A stretch of 64,000 bases of DNA from an uncultured Actinomycetota bacterium (GCA_963763005.1 CAVXMI010000007.1:5009-69008), one strand, 5' to 3'. Positions 19,819 through 30,902 are shown, counted from the first letter of the stretch. Notes: generated by a model not told the origin, from the letters alone. A program made the numbers and translations.

Positions 19819-21021
19819 TCACTTCTCTAGGAGGTCGGGCTGCTGGAGCAGCTCGTTGATCGCGGTCAGGAATAAGGCACCCCGGTGACCGTCGCTTGCC
19901 CGGTGGTCGGCGGCGACCGTGGCTTGCACGGCGGTGACGACCCGGATCCCGCCGTCGATGACGCAGACCCGCTGGGCCGGCTGGCCGAAACCCACGATGG
20001 CGACCTGCGGCGGGTAGATGACGCCGAAGACCGCATCGACGCCTTTGTCGCCAAGGTTGGTGACCGTGATGGTCGGATCCGACATCTCCGAACTCCGCAG
20101 CGAGCCGGCGCGTGCCCGCGCCACCAGATCGGTGAGGTCGCCCATCAATTCGTCGAGTTTCTTGTCCGGAACGTCATGTATGGCCGGCGCGACGAGTCCA
20201 CCACCGCGCAGGGAGATCCCGACACCGACATGGACCCCGGTCGCGGGCTCGAACCCGTCCTCTCGCCAAAATCCGTTGAACTCGCCGAATCGCTGCGCAG
20301 CGAGGCCGACGGCCTTCAACAACAAGACAGCCGGCAGTACACGTTCGGTGATGGATCGCTGCGCATTTCGGGCGGTCAGCCAGGTCAGCGAGCCTTCCAG
20401 CACGATTTCGTCGGCAAGGTAGTAGTGCGGAATCTCGCGCTTGGACCGGCTCATCGCGGCCGCGATTGACTTCCGCATTTGGGCTGCACGGTCGGCCGCA
20501 GTCGGCTTTACTTTCGGTTTCTCAGTCGCTTCCTGCGTGGCGGCAGCGTGCTCGACGTCGTTTATGGTGACTGCGCCTTGCGGACCTGTGCCGCTCACCT
20601 TGTCGATGTCGACGTTCAACGACTGGGCAAGGCGCCGTGCCGCGGGCGACACCCAGCGACGTCGTTGCGGGGCCGCGGGCGGCGGAACGGCCGTGACTGG
20701 CGCACTCGACGGTGCCGCCGGCGTTGCGGCGGGTGTGGTCGATGGCCGAGGCCGTTGACGAGGCCGCTTTTCCGGACGCTCGCCTGGTTCCAGCAGGGTC
20801 GCCAGTGCGGTTCCCACTTGCACGGTTTCGCCGACGGGAACGAGCAGCTCGCTGACCGTGCCGTCCTGCCAGCATTCGATTTCGACTGCGGCTTTGGTGG
20901 TTTCGACGACTGCTACGACCTGGCCGCGAGTCACCTTGTCGCCGGGTTTGACCAGCCATTCATCCAGGGTGCCTTCGTCCATGTCGGAGCCGAGCGCGGG
21001 CATTTTGAACTCGATCATCAC
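19819..21021 (-). CDS. 2-oxoacid dehydrogenase E2 (dihydrolipoamide acyltransferase)
   Basis: Lipoyl domain [10 protein letters not shown], subunit-binding domain SPAARRLA...GTGPQG, catalytic DHRASDG. Confidence 0.93.
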   Translation of the reverse strand: MMIEFKMPALGSDMDEGTLDEWLVKPGDKVTRGQVVAVVETTKAAVEIECWQDGTVSELLVPVGETVQVGTALATLLEPGERPEKRPRQRPRPSTTPAATPAAPSSAPVTAVPPPAAPQRRRWVSPAARRLAQSLNVDIDKVSGTGPQGAVTINDVEHAAATQEATEKPKVKPTAADRAAQMRKSIAAAMSRSKREIPHYYLADEIVLEGSLTWLTARNAQRSITERVLPAVLLLKAVGLAAQRFGEFNGFWREDGFEPATGVHVGVGISLRGGGLVAPAIHDVPDKKLDELMGDLTDLVARARAGSLRSSEMSDPTITVTNLGDKGVDAVFGVIYPPQVAIVGFGQPAQRVCVIDGGIRVVTAVQATVAADHRASDGHRGALFLTAINELLQQPDLLEK

Positions 21022-21992
21022 CGGTCACCGAAGAGGCTTTGCACGGCGCTGACGATCTTGGCGGCTTGCGGTAAGGCCGCCTGCTCCAGGTGCTTTGCGT
21101 ATGGGATGGGGACCTCGGCGCTGCACACCCGGGCAACTGGCGCGTCGAGGTCGTAGAACGCGCCCTCCATCACTCGCGTGGTGATTTCTGCGGCCAAACT
21201 GCCACTGCGCCAAGCCTCGTCGACCACTACGGCACGATGTGTCTTACGGACAGATTCGAGGATGGTGTCGTCATCAAGCGGCCTCAGGACCCGCAGATCG
21301 ATTACTTCACAGTCGATTCCGGCCAGTGACAACTCGTTCGCGGCGTCGAGCGCCTTCGGCAGGGAGCCACCGTAGGCAATCAAGGTGATGTCAGCGCCGC
21401 TGCGGCGCACCGCTGCCCGGCAGATATCGGTCGGGTTCAGAGTATCGATATCTGCCGAGGTGTTGTAGAGCTGAACATGCTCGAAGATGATCACCGGATC
21501 CGGGTCGGCCAGCGCCGGGCCGAGCATGCCGTAGGCATCTTCGACGGTAGCGGGAGCTACCACTTTGATGCCGGGGATGTGGGCATACCAGGGCTCGAGG
21601 CTGTGCGAGTGCTGAGCGGCGAGCTGGCGCCCGGCCCCGGTCGCCATCCGGACAACAAGCGGCACCGAGAATTGTCCGCCGGACATATGGCGAAGGGCCG
21701 CAGCGGTATTGACGATCTGATCAAGCGCCAGCAGGCTGAAGTTCACCGTCATGACTTCGACGATGGGGCGTAATCCGTTGAGCGCCGCGCCTATTCCGAT
21801 ACCGACGAAGCCCAGCTCCGACAGCGGGGTGTCACGCACCCGTTCCGGGCCGAATTCTTCCAGCAGACCTTTGGACGCGGCATAGGTTCCGCCGTAGCGT
21901 CCGACATCTTCGCCCATCAGCACCACACGTGGGTCTTCGCTCAGGGCGTCGCGAATCGCATCATGAACAGCTGTCCGGTAGATCGTTTTCAT
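21018..21992 (-). CDS. pdhB: 2-oxoacid (pyruvate) dehydrogenase E1 beta
   Basis: [27 protein letters not shown] and [12 protein letters not shown] motifs. Confidence 0.93.
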   Translation of the reverse strand: MKTIYRTAVHDAIRDALSEDPRVVLMGEDVGRYGGTYAASKGLLEEFGPERVRDTPLSELGFVGIGIGAALNGLRPIVEVMTVNFSLLALDQIVNTAAALRHMSGGQFSVPLVVRMATGAGRQLAAQHSHSLEPWYAHIPGIKVVAPATVEDAYGMLGPALADPDPVIIFEHVQLYNTSADIDTLNPTDICRAAVRRSGADITLIAYGGSLPKALDAANELSLAGIDCEVIDLRVLRPLDDDTILESVRKTHRAVVVDEAWRSGSLAAEITTRVMEGAFYDLDAPVARVCSAEVPIPYAKHLEQAALPQAAKIVSAVQSLFGDR

Positions 21993-22996
21993 CGTGCCAG
22001 CTCCGGTGTCGTTTCCGAGATCGCTTCGTACCCGTCGACCGGAGTCAGCACGTCACGCTCGAGATCCGCTACGTCCTCCCATGTTCCCGCCTCGGCAAAC
22101 GCCACCGCGGCCTCGATCTCGGCAGCGGCCGAATCTTCGATGTCGCGCAGGTCATCGTCGGAGAGCGTGCCGTCGTGCAGGCACTGCTCGCTGAATAGGC
22201 GGATCGGGTCGCGCTCACGCCATTGCTCGACTTCGGCCTTGTCCCGGTACAGTTCCGGGTCGAACATCGAATGCGCCCGGAACCGGTAGGTGCGGAACTC
22301 GATGAAGAACGGGCCGCCGGTGTCGCGGACGTGATCGACACCTTGCTGTGCGGCAGTGTGGCATGCCTCGACATCCATCCCATCGACAGCCAGCGTGGGA
22401 ATGCGGTACGACGCCGCCTTGACGGTGAGATCCGTCTGCGACTGCGCGCGCCCCAATGCGGTGCCCATTGCGTAAAGGTTGTTCTCACAACAGAACAACA
22501 CCGGCAAGTTCCATAGCGCGGCCATGTTCAACGACTCGTGAAACGCGCCCTCGGCCACCGCGCCGTCGCCGAAGTAGCAGGCAGTCACCCGCTTGCGCTG
22601 CAGCATGGCATCAGCGAGCGCTATGCCCACCGCGAGTGGCAGGCCACCGGCGACGATCGCGTTACCACCGTAGAAGCGCTTGGACGCATCGAACAGGTGC
22701 ATCGACCCGCCACGGCCGCGCGAGCAGCCCTCCTGCTTGCCGAACATCTCGGCCATGATCGAGGTCATCGGGATACCGCGCAACAGCGCGTGCGCGTGCT
22801 CGCGATAGGTCGCCACCACTGCGTCATCGTCGGCCAGTGCGCGCAGTGACCCGGCGGCGACGGCTTCCTCCCCGACATAGAGATGCAGGAATCCACGAAT
22901 TTTGGCTGCGCTGTAGAGCTCCGCGCATTTCTCCTCCATACGACGCACGCGAACCATATCCGACAAGAGTTCATGCGCCAGCTTCGTATTGCTCAC
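21989..22996 (-). CDS. pdhA: 2-oxoacid (pyruvate) dehydrogenase E1 alpha
   Basis: [22 protein letters not shown] motif GDGA...ENN and TYRFRAHS. Confidence 0.93.
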   Translation of the reverse strand: MSNTKLAHELLSDMVRVRRMEEKCAELYSAAKIRGFLHLYVGEEAVAAGSLRALADDDAVVATYREHAHALLRGIPMTSIMAEMFGKQEGCSRGRGGSMHLFDASKRFYGGNAIVAGGLPLAVGIALADAMLQRKRVTACYFGDGAVAEGAFHESLNMAALWNLPVLFCCENNLYAMGTALGRAQSQTDLTVKAASYRIPTLAVDGMDVEACHTAAQQGVDHVRDTGGPFFIEFRTYRFRAHSMFDPELYRDKAEVEQWRERDPIRLFSEQCLHDGTLSDDDLRDIEDSAAAEIEAAVAFAEAGTWEDVADLERDVLTPVDGYEAISETTPELAR

Positions 22997-24901
22997 AATG
23001 ACACCCCCTGGGCATGATGATCTGACAGATGCTCGATGGTGGACGTATCGCCTTCGGGCAGACCGAGTTCGCGAGCTTTCAGCAGCCGTCGCATGATCTT
23101 GCCGCTGCTGGTATGCGGCAGCGAATCAGCGAACTCTATCTCCTTGGGTGCCACGGCGGCCCCGAGCCGCTTGCGTGCGTGGCCCAGCAATTCCAGCCGC
23201 AGGTCGTCGTCGCCGACAAAGCCGTCTTTGAGCGTGACAAACGCTTTGATGACAGCGCCGACCGTCGGATCAGGCTTGCCGATGACCGCCGCCTCGGCCA
23301 CCGCGGGATGATCGGTCAGCGCGCTCTCCACCTCGAACGGGCCGATCAGGTGTCCGGCGGACTTGATCACGTCGTCCTTGCGTCCAACGAACCAGAAGTA
23401 GCCATCGGCGTCCTTTTTGGCCAGATCTCCGGTCAGGTAGAGCCCGTCGCTGAAGCACTTCCGATAGCGCTCCTCGGCGTGCAGATAACCGCGGAACATC
23501 GACGGCCAGCCCGGCTTGAGGGCAAGCTCACCCTCGACGTCGGGTTCGTCGATGACCGAGGTTGTGCCGTCATCGTTCTCGCGCACTATGCATGCGTCCA
23601 CGCCGGGCAGCGGACGGCCCATCGAGCCAGGCTTGATGTCGAACGCCGGTGTGTTCGCGATCATGATGCCGCCCGTCTCGGTCTGCCACCAATTGTCGTG
23701 AATCGGTAAGCCCAGCACCCGTTTGCCCCACCAGACCGCTTCCGGGTTGAGTGGCTCGCCCACACTTGCGATGAAGCGGAGCTGCGGGAAGCGGTATTGC
23801 GCTGGCAGTTCGGGGCCCGTTTTGATCAGCATTCTTATGCCGGTTGGCGCGGTGTACCACACCGACACACTCTGGTCCTGCAAGATCCGATACCACCGTT
23901 CGGCATCGAACTCGGCCTGGTCGACGATGGAGGTGACCCCATGCAGCAGCGGACTGATGATGCCGTAGGACGTTCCGGTGACCCAGCCGGGATCTGCTGT
24001 GCACCAATAGATGTCGTCAGGATGAAGGTCAAGCGCGTACAGGCCGGTGACGTAGTGCATCACGACGGCGCCGTGCACGTGGATGGCACCTTTCGGCGTA
24101 CCGGTGGTGCCGCTGGTGAAGTGCAGCAGCGCCGGGTCATCAGCGGTGGTGGGCTCGATCGGCGCGTTCTCGTCTGCCGCGTCCATGAGTTGCCAGAAGT
24201 TCAGCGTCCCGCGCGCCTCGTCGCCCGCCGCGTCATCGTCCACGACGAAGATGTGCCGCACCGACGTTAATCGATCGCGGATCTTGGCGATCTTGCGCTG
24301 GTAGATCGCCTTGGTCGTCACCAGCACATCGGCCTGCCCGATATCCACTCTGGTGGCGATCGGCTCCGGCCCGAAGGCCGAGAACAACGGCGAAACGACG
24401 CTGCCGTTGCGAAGCGCGCCCAGCATGGTGATGTAGAGCTCAGGGATGCGGCCCATGATTGTGAACACCCGGTCGCCTTTGCCGATGCCGAGCGAGCGCA
24501 ATACGCCGTTGAATCGGTTGGTAAGCCGGCCTAGTTCGGCGTAGCTGATATCGCGAGTGGAGATCGAACTGTCTGCGTAGTTGTCAGCGACGAACCGTAG
24601 CGCAGTATGTATCGCCGCTGCGCCCGACAGAGTGCCTGTCGACGGCGGCGTAGGCGATGTTGCACGTGCCTTGCTCCATGCCTTCGCACAATGCCGGCAC
24701 ATCGGACCAGTGGAATCGCGCACGCGCATGTTCGTAGTCCGTGAGGTTGGGCCGGACGCGATTGTCGTCGGGCGTCTTGCGAATGACGTCCACCGCGGAA
24801 TGTTCGACGCGGCCAATCGGTGCCATAGCTGTCCTCTGTTGTCGGTTGTGCGTCTTCTGTTGTCGGTTGTGCGTCTTCTGTTGTCGGTTGTGCGTCTTCA
24901 T
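22993..24901 (-). pseudogene. acsA: Acetate-CoA ligase (AcsA) with a frameshift near 24625
   Basis: The N-terminus ([14 protein letters not shown]...[11 protein letters not shown]) is in ORF 24584..25195; the rest (TALRFV...[28 protein letters not shown]) is in ORF 22993..24816. Start is ATG 24901 or 24826. Confidence 0.85.
24836..24898. repeat. Perfect tandem repeat, 3 x 21 bp
   Basis: CTGTTGTCGGTTGTGCGTCTT x3; encodes (KTHNRQQ)3 on the minus strand. Confidence 0.97.
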
Positions 24902-25404
24902 CGTTTGCCGGGCAGTCCGAGCCGCGATAGAGACGAAAGTCATCAATCGGACCGGTCCGTTGTCCTTGGCGCAGCGTGTCGCACAGTCATGCGATGACTG
25001 ACACCGCTTCGGTCGGGCGAATCGCGACTTTTGGCCGTTTGCACCCTGACTTTGTGCCGTTCCCGGTGGCGGCGCATATCCCACGTTCGGCCGGTCAGGC
25101 CCCGTCGGCAGACCTGATCCCTCGAGAGGCGATAGCGCCTGGTCGTGGCACGGTCGACGTGACTTCCTCCGCCGACCGCGCATCCCCGAGCGCAAGCAGC
25201 TGAATCGCTACCAAGCCTGGATCATTGCGAGTTCACTTTGGCCGGTAGCCCGGCGGCGACCGCGGCGTGCCGGCCTCGCGGTTCGCGGCGCTCGATACGC
25301 GGCGACCGCGTTTATCGGTGACTTCCGGCCCTAGGCGTAACCGACCTTGGCCGAGAGGATGGCGAAGTCCGGTGCAGGTCATCCCGGCGAGCATAGGATG
25401 TGAA

Positions 25405-25674
25405 ATGGCGTCGATCGGCGGCGAGCGACCAACGTTGACTGACTCAGATGTCGATGCACTCGCTTGGCAATTCGTGAACTCCGACTTTGCCGAGCAAAGA
25501 TACGCCGATTGGCCGCTCGATCAACGCATCGACGGCTTCCTCCGGCACCGGGGCCTTGCCCGCATTGCCGAGGACGGCGACGTCTATAGCGTCGTCCTCA
25601 ACCGCGTCATGGCCTACATCAGTGCGATGTCCGGCCAGGCCCATGGGCACGCCATCAACAAAATCGTCAATTGA
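25405..25674 (+). CDS. Small hypothetical protein (89 aa)
   Basis: Natural-looking sequence LTDSDVDALAWQFVNSDFAEQRYADWPLDQRIDGFLRHRGL with GC3-biased codons; purine-rich sequence before ATG 25405. Confidence 0.7.
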   Translation: MASIGGERPTLTDSDVDALAWQFVNSDFAEQRYADWPLDQRIDGFLRHRGLARIAEDGDVYSVVLNRVMAYISAMSGQAHGHAINKIVN

Positions 25675-25845
25675 GGGCCGTCGCGCATTCAGGCTCCATG
25701 TGGTCGGCTCATGGAAGGCAGCTCCCGGCAGGGGATACGTGCCCGGCCCGGGTGGCATACGGCTCCTCACAGCGCCCCATCGTCAGCGCGGAGGTGTCAA
25801 TCTCTGGGTCACTGCGAGGCTCCGATCACGGTGATCGCCGGCGCG

Positions 25846-25887
25846 CTGCGGACAAATGTCCCGCCGGCCGGGGACTTCTGTCCCTAG
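25846..25887. promoter_or_regulatory. Tandem DosR boxes of the hspX promoter
   Basis: CTGCGGACAAATGTCCCGCC (25846-25865) and CCGGGGACTTCTGTCCCTAG (25868-25887). The second is nearly identical to the site I recall upstream of M. tuberculosis hspX. Confidence 0.85.
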
Positions 25888-25950
25888 CGCTGACCCGCGG
25901 CCAGATGGTCACATCAGTGTTGTCAGTTCCGAATGAATTTTGGAGGCGCC

Positions 25951-26067
25951 GTGGCCGCCGCACTTCCGGTCCAGCGCCACCCGCGGTCGCTGTTCCCGGA
26001 GTTCTCCGAGCTGGTTTCGGAGGCGAAGCCGGCCGAAAAACACGTTCGGGTTCAGTCCGCCAGCTGA
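25951..26067 (+). pseudogene. hspX: hspX (alpha-crystallin) with an in-frame internal deletion; 38-aa mini-ORF
   Basis: GGAGG SD, then GTG: [21 protein letters not shown]|[17 protein letters not shown], i.e. the HspX N-terminus fused to its C-terminus; immediately upstream of the Rv2030c orthologue. Confidence 0.9.
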
Positions 26068-26113
26068 CCTGATCGTCGGCACCGGCGGTCGGGCTGGCGA
26101 GATGTCAAGGGGA

Positions 26114-28165
26114 ATGATGAACATGGCCAGAGCGGCCGATGCCACCCGGACCTCGCCGCGGCGCGTATTCCGCGACCGCCGCGAGGCCGGCCGGGTGCTG
26201 GCGGATCTTCTTACTGCCTACCGTGATCGACAGGACGTGATCGTGCTTGGCCTGGCGCGAGGTGGAGTACCCGTTGCATGGGAGGTTGCAGCGGCGCTGC
26301 ACGTCCCGCTGGATGCTTTCATCGTGCGCAAACTCGGCGCCCCGGGTCATGAAGAGTTTGCCTTTGGAGCTCTGGCAAGTGGGGGCCGCGTCGTTGTCAA
26401 TGACGACGTTGTGCGGGGCCTGCGGATCACCCCGCAGCAACTGCGCGACGTCGCCGAACGTGAAGGCCGCGAGCTGATCCGGCGCGAGGCCACCTACCGG
26501 GGCGAACGCCCGCCCGCCGATATCGCGGGCAAGACGGTCATTATCGTCGATGACGGTTTGGCTACCGGCGCAAGCATGTTCGCGGCGGTGCAGGCATTGC
26601 GCGAAGCTGAACCCGCACACATCGTGGTTGCGGTGCCGGCGGCGCCGGAGTCCACGTGTCGAGAGTTCGCCGGCCTTGTCGATGATGTCGTCTGCGCGTC
26701 AATGCCCACCCCATTTCTTGCGGTAGGTGAGTCGTTCTGGAATTTCACGCAGGTCACCGACGAGGAGGTCCGTCAGCTCCTGGCCACCCCGACGGCTGGG
26801 CCATCGTTGAGCAGACCTGCGGTGCCAACGGCGACCGATGTGATCCGCCGAGTCGCTATCGACGCCCCTGGGGGTGTCCCGCCGCGGGCGGTGCTAGAAG
26901 AACTGATCGGCGACGCGCGAATCGTATTGATCGGCGAAAGCTCGCATGGCACACACGAGTTCTACGAGGCGCGGGCCGCCATGACGAAGTGGCTGATCGA
27001 GGAGAAGGGCTTCTGCGCTGTGGTCGCCGAGGCGGACTGGCCCGACGCTTACCGCGTCAATCGGTACGTTCGCGGACTCGGCGAGGACAAGAACGCTGAC
27101 GAGGCGCTCAGCGGATTCGAACGGTTCCCGGCGTGGATGTGGCGCAATATCGTGGTTCGCGACTTTGTCGAGTGGCTACGCACCCGTAATCAGCGGTGCC
27201 AGGCGGACGGTCAGCGGCGAGCCGGTTTCTACGGTCTGGATCTTTATAGCCTGCATCGGTCGATCCAAGAAGTGGTCAGCTATCTCGACAAGGTCGACCC
27301 GATAGCCGCGGCACGGGCGCGGGCCCGCTATGCGTGCTTCGACCACGCCTCGGCCGATGACGGTCAGGCGTACGGATTCGCCGCCGCTTTCGGCGCCGGT
27401 CCGTCGTGCGAAAGTGAAGCCGTCGAGCAACTGGTCGACTTCCAGCGAAATGCACTGGCATATGCACGTGAAGACGGACTGCTCGCCGAAGACGAACTGT
27501 TCTACGCTCAGCAGAACGCACAGACGGTGCGCGACGCGGAGGTTTACTACCGGGCGATGTTCAGCGGACGCGTCACCTCGTGGAACCTGCGCGACCAGCA
27601 CATGGCGCAGACCCTTGGGGCGCTGCTGACGCACCTGGACCGCCACCTCGATGCACCGCCGGCCCGAATAGTTGTGTGGGCCCATAACTCCCACGTCGGC
27701 GACGCACGAGCGACAGAAGTGTGGGCCGACGGACAGCTCACCCTCGGACAACTCGTCCGTCAGCGATATGGCGACGAGTCGTGCAGCATCGGATTCAGCA
27801 CGTACACCGGTACCGTCACCGCGGCCAGCGAATGGGGCGGTGTCGCGGAACGAAAGGCCGTTCGGCCGGCGCTGAATGGGAGCGTCGAAGAACTCTTCCA
27901 CGAGACCGGTAGGGACAGCTTCCTGGTGTCGGCGCTTGTGAGCGAGGAAGCCGCAGCCCCGCTGGATGTCGTTCGGTTAGGACGCGCCATCGGCGTGATC
28001 TACCAGCCCGCGACGGAACGGCAAAGCCACTACTTCCACGTCCGGCCCGCCGATCAGTTCGACGCGATGATTCACATCGATGAGACCCGAGCCGTTGAAC
28101 CTCTCGAGGCCACGAGCCTCTGGATCGCCGGCGAGACACCAGAAACATATCCGACCGGTCTGTGA
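26114..28165 (+). CDS. Phosphoribosyltransferase / erythromycin-esterase fusion protein (Rv2030c orthologue)
   Basis: [27 protein letters not shown] (PRTase), [12 protein letters not shown] and [15 protein letters not shown] (EreA-like). Confidence 0.93.
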   Translation: MMNMARAADATRTSPRRVFRDRREAGRVLADLLTAYRDRQDVIVLGLARGGVPVAWEVAAALHVPLDAFIVRKLGAPGHEEFAFGALASGGRVVVNDDVVRGLRITPQQLRDVAEREGRELIRREATYRGERPPADIAGKTVIIVDDGLATGASMFAAVQALREAEPAHIVVAVPAAPESTCREFAGLVDDVVCASMPTPFLAVGESFWNFTQVTDEEVRQLLATPTAGPSLSRPAVPTATDVIRRVAIDAPGGVPPRAVLEELIGDARIVLIGESSHGTHEFYEARAAMTKWLIEEKGFCAVVAEADWPDAYRVNRYVRGLGEDKNADEALSGFERFPAWMWRNIVVRDFVEWLRTRNQRCQADGQRRAGFYGLDLYSLHRSIQEVVSYLDKVDPIAAARARARYACFDHASADDGQAYGFAAAFGAGPSCESEAVEQLVDFQRNALAYAREDGLLAEDELFYAQQNAQTVRDAEVYYRAMFSGRVTSWNLRDQHMAQTLGALLTHLDRHLDAPPARIVVWAHNSHVGDARATEVWADGQLTLGQLVRQRYGDESCSIGFSTYTGTVTAASEWGGVAERKAVRPALNGSVEELFHETGRDSFLVSALVSEEAAAPLDVVRLGRAIGVIYQPATERQSHYFHVRPADQFDAMIHIDETRAVEPLEATSLWIAGETPETYPTGL

Positions 28166-28474
28166 ACCCCGCACTGGACATCGCGACAAGCGTCGACATC
28201 GTCGCCGAAGATTCTCGGCGATTCGGATGCCGGGGGTAGCGGTGTTGGTGCCGGCCACACGATGGTTGCCGCGACTACCGTGGGCCTCAACCGCGGCTGG
28301 TTGCTCATCAAGTCCGTTCGTTTAGGCTTTGCGGCTGGTGCGCCCATGCTGCTGACACCGGGCACGGCCGGCTGAGGACCAATGGCTCTGAGAAGGCGAC
28401 CGTGAAGCCAATATCGTTGTAGGTGCGTCAGTCAACGGCACTCGACCGAAGTCAACCCGGAAGGCGCGCGATGA
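28162..28474 (+). pseudogene. pfkB: pfkB (1-phosphofructokinase family) collapsed by deletion
   Basis: [16 protein letters not shown], then SGVGAGHTMVAATTVGLNRGWLLIKSVRLG..AGAPMLLTPGTA, then VNPEGAR*, whose TGA overlaps the next ATG. Same position as Rv2029c. Confidence 0.85.
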
Positions 28475-29337
28475 AGGAATCACCTCCACCCACTTCGATC
28501 GTCGTCGGCATCGACGGCTCGAAGGGGGCAATACGCGCCGCACTCTGGGCCGTCGATGAAGCAGTCAGTCGTGACATCCCTTTGCGTCTGCTGTACGCGA
28601 TCGAACCCGACGATGCTCCGCGGACCCCTCCGGACAGGGCGGTTCGCAAACTCGCCATCGCAGAAAACGCTGTTCGCTACGCGTTCACGGCGGTCGAGGC
28701 CGCTGACAAGGCGGTCAAGATCGAAGTGGAGATCACCCAGGAGCGCCCGGTCACCTCGTTGATCCGCGCTTCGGCTTCGGCTGCCATGGTGTGCGTCGGC
28801 GCGGTCGGCGTGCGCCACTTCCGGCCAGAGCGGGTGGGCTCCACCGCTGCGGCGCTCGCCGTATCGGCACACTGCCCGGTGGCGATCATTCGAGGCAACG
28901 ATGATCGCCCCGAGCGGCATGCGCACTGGATCCTCGTTGACGCCCGCGGGTCAGCCGACACCGACGTTGTGCTGGGGACTGCGATCGAGGAAGCGCGGCT
29001 GCGGAACTCACCGCTTCGGGCGATCACCTTCCGGCAAAGCGGGGTCAGCGATCATGGCGTTGAGGGCGTGGCCGCAGACAGCGATCACCGGATACGTTCC
29101 AACCTAGACCGCCGGCTTGACCGTTGGACGCGACGCTACTCGGATGTCCGGGTGGAGTCCGCGGCAGTGCGCGGCAGCCTTCTGGACTATCTGGCGGAGA
29201 ACGGCCGGACGGTGCAGTTGGTCGTTGTCGGCGCCCGCAACAATGAACAAGTGGAACAACTTGTGGGACCAAGGGGCAATGCCGAGCTGCACAACGCAGA
29301 TTGCTCGGTGCTGATCGTCGATCGTCAGAATTTGTGA
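28471..29337 (+). CDS. Universal stress protein (Rv2028c-like)
   Basis: IVVGIDGS...WAVDEAVSRDIPLRLLY; tandem USP domains. Confidence 0.92.
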   Translation: MKESPPPTSIVVGIDGSKGAIRAALWAVDEAVSRDIPLRLLYAIEPDDAPRTPPDRAVRKLAIAENAVRYAFTAVEAADKAVKIEVEITQERPVTSLIRASASAAMVCVGAVGVRHFRPERVGSTAAALAVSAHCPVAIIRGNDDRPERHAHWILVDARGSADTDVVLGTAIEEARLRNSPLRAITFRQSGVSDHGVEGVAADSDHRIRSNLDRRLDRWTRRYSDVRVESAAVRGSLLDYLAENGRTVQLVVVGARNNEQVEQLVGPRGNAELHNADCSVLIVDRQNL

Positions 29338-29557
29338 GAACTGATTGACGCTATGCAGAACCAGCGTGCTGACAAGCGCCGTAAGTGCTCGTTCAGCGGC
29401 GCCATTCGTCGCTGAACGGCAGCCTCTACCGAGCTCCGACCTCAAAGGAGTTACACGGCTTGGGCCTGTGGCCACCGAAATTAGCCACCGGACGTTATGG
29501 CGGAGGGCCGCATGCCAAGAGACTGAGGGTCTTTCGCGGGTGTCCAATGGCGTGACG

Positions 29558-29577
29558 CTGGGGACCAAGGACCCTGG
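29558..29577. promoter_or_regulatory. DosR-box-like site
   Basis: CTGGGGACCAAGGACCCTGG, 55 nt upstream of ATG 29633; a weaker site lies at 29459-29478. Confidence 0.65.
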
Positions 29578-29632
29578 CGTCCGATGTTCGCGTGCCTGAG
29601 AGTCGAAGTCAGACAGAAGGTAGGTGAGCGTA

Positions 29633-30616
29633 ATGACCCAAACGATGCTGGACATTGGGGTAATTACCAGGGCAGTGGAGTTAGCGTGCCATGCTCCCTC
29701 GCTGCACAATAGCCAACCTTGGCGGTGGGTGGTCGGAAGCACGAGTGTCGACCTGTTCGCTGATCCGCACAGAATCGTGACCGGGACTGACACCTCGGGT
29801 CGGGAAGCGATCATCAGCTGTGGCGCCGTGCTCGATCACTTTTGTGTCGCGATGGCTGCCGTTGGCTGGGATAGCGGGGTCGACCAGTTTCCCAACCCGA
29901 ACAATCTCGACCACGTTGCCTCGATCGACTTCGCTCAAATGAGCAACGTCGCCCAGGCCCGGCGTGAGCGCGCCAAGGCGATACTGCAGCGGCGAACCGA
30001 TCGACGTCCGTTCCGCGCGCCAAAGGACTGGGCGTCATTCGAAGCGGCGCTGTGCGGCTCGTACGACAGCGATTTGGCCGTGCTTGAGGTATTGGCCGAC
30101 GACGTTCGACCGCGGCTGGCGGAGGCGTCCCGGATTGCCGAGTCCGCACGGCGCTATGACGATCTTTATCATCATGAGCTGAGTTGGTGGACAGAACCTT
30201 CCAGGGAATCAGAAGGAATACCCCAAAGCGCGCTGCCATCAGAGTCGCAGGCCCGAAGAGTCGACGCAAACCGCCAATTTCCCGCCAATTGGTACGTGGA
30301 GCGGAGTTCTGGGGGCGTGCACGACCAAGCGAAGATCCTCGTGCTGTCCACGCCCGGGGACACGCGTATGGACGCCTTCAATTGCGGCCAGGTGCTTTCG
30401 GCGGTCCTACTGGAATGCACCATGGCTGGATTAGCAACATGCTCAGTGACGCACATCATGGAGATACAAGCCAGCCGTGACATCATTCGGAATCTCACGA
30501 CTGGCACAGAAGCGGTGCCTCAAATATTGATCCGGGTCGGCATCGAACCTGCGGGTGAGGTCCCGGCACCAACACCGCGGCGACCCTTGAGCGATGTGTT
30601 GGAGATTCATCGGTAG
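29633..30616 (+). CDS. Acg-family nitroreductase-like protein (Rv2032/Rv3127-like)
   Basis: [24 protein letters not shown] and ILIRVG...PTPRRP motifs. Confidence 0.92.
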   Translation: MTQTMLDIGVITRAVELACHAPSLHNSQPWRWVVGSTSVDLFADPHRIVTGTDTSGREAIISCGAVLDHFCVAMAAVGWDSGVDQFPNPNNLDHVASIDFAQMSNVAQARRERAKAILQRRTDRRPFRAPKDWASFEAALCGSYDSDLAVLEVLADDVRPRLAEASRIAESARRYDDLYHHELSWWTEPSRESEGIPQSALPSESQARRVDANRQFPANWYVERSSGGVHDQAKILVLSTPGDTRMDAFNCGQVLSAVLLECTMAGLATCSVTHIMEIQASRDIIRNLTTGTEAVPQILIRVGIEPAGEVPAPTPRRPLSDVLEIHR

Positions 30617-30689
30617 CGAGGGGTTGACAAACAGGCAGATCGCCGGCCGGATGTTTCTAGCCGAGAAAACGGTGAAGAACTACGTATCC
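30615..30689 (+). pseudogene. dosR: 75-bp fragment of a DosR-type LuxR HTH response regulator
   Basis: Reads [25 protein letters not shown], almost identical to the recalled DosR HTH ([25 protein letters not shown]); no start or receiver domain. Confidence 0.8.
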
Positions 30690-30902
30690 CCACAGACGGA
30701 CCGTCAGGGACCCATTTCGCGCTGCGTGGCAGCTCGCACCTTCCGTTGCGGATGACACTATGACCGCCGGATCAGGAACTTTGGCTGTCTGACGGCGGTG
30801 CGCCTATGCTGGCCACAGGCACCTCGGCGTTGCCTGCTTCGTACTTTTGTTTGCGCAACGCGAGCTGCCTCATGTGGTAAGGCGTATGGAGGTAGCGGTC
30901 GG

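Noticed and set aside
24836-24898. Possible CRISPR array
   Set aside because: Head-to-tail repeats with no spacers and no cas genes; it is a VNTR.
24948-24959. 12-bp palindrome CGGACCGGTCCG upstream of acsA
   Set aside because: All-GC-rich and short; such palindromes are expected by chance in this genome.
30780-30900. Possible further dosR receiver-domain remnant before the kinase
   Set aside because: Only vague similarity (RCLL.T); no collinear match I can support.
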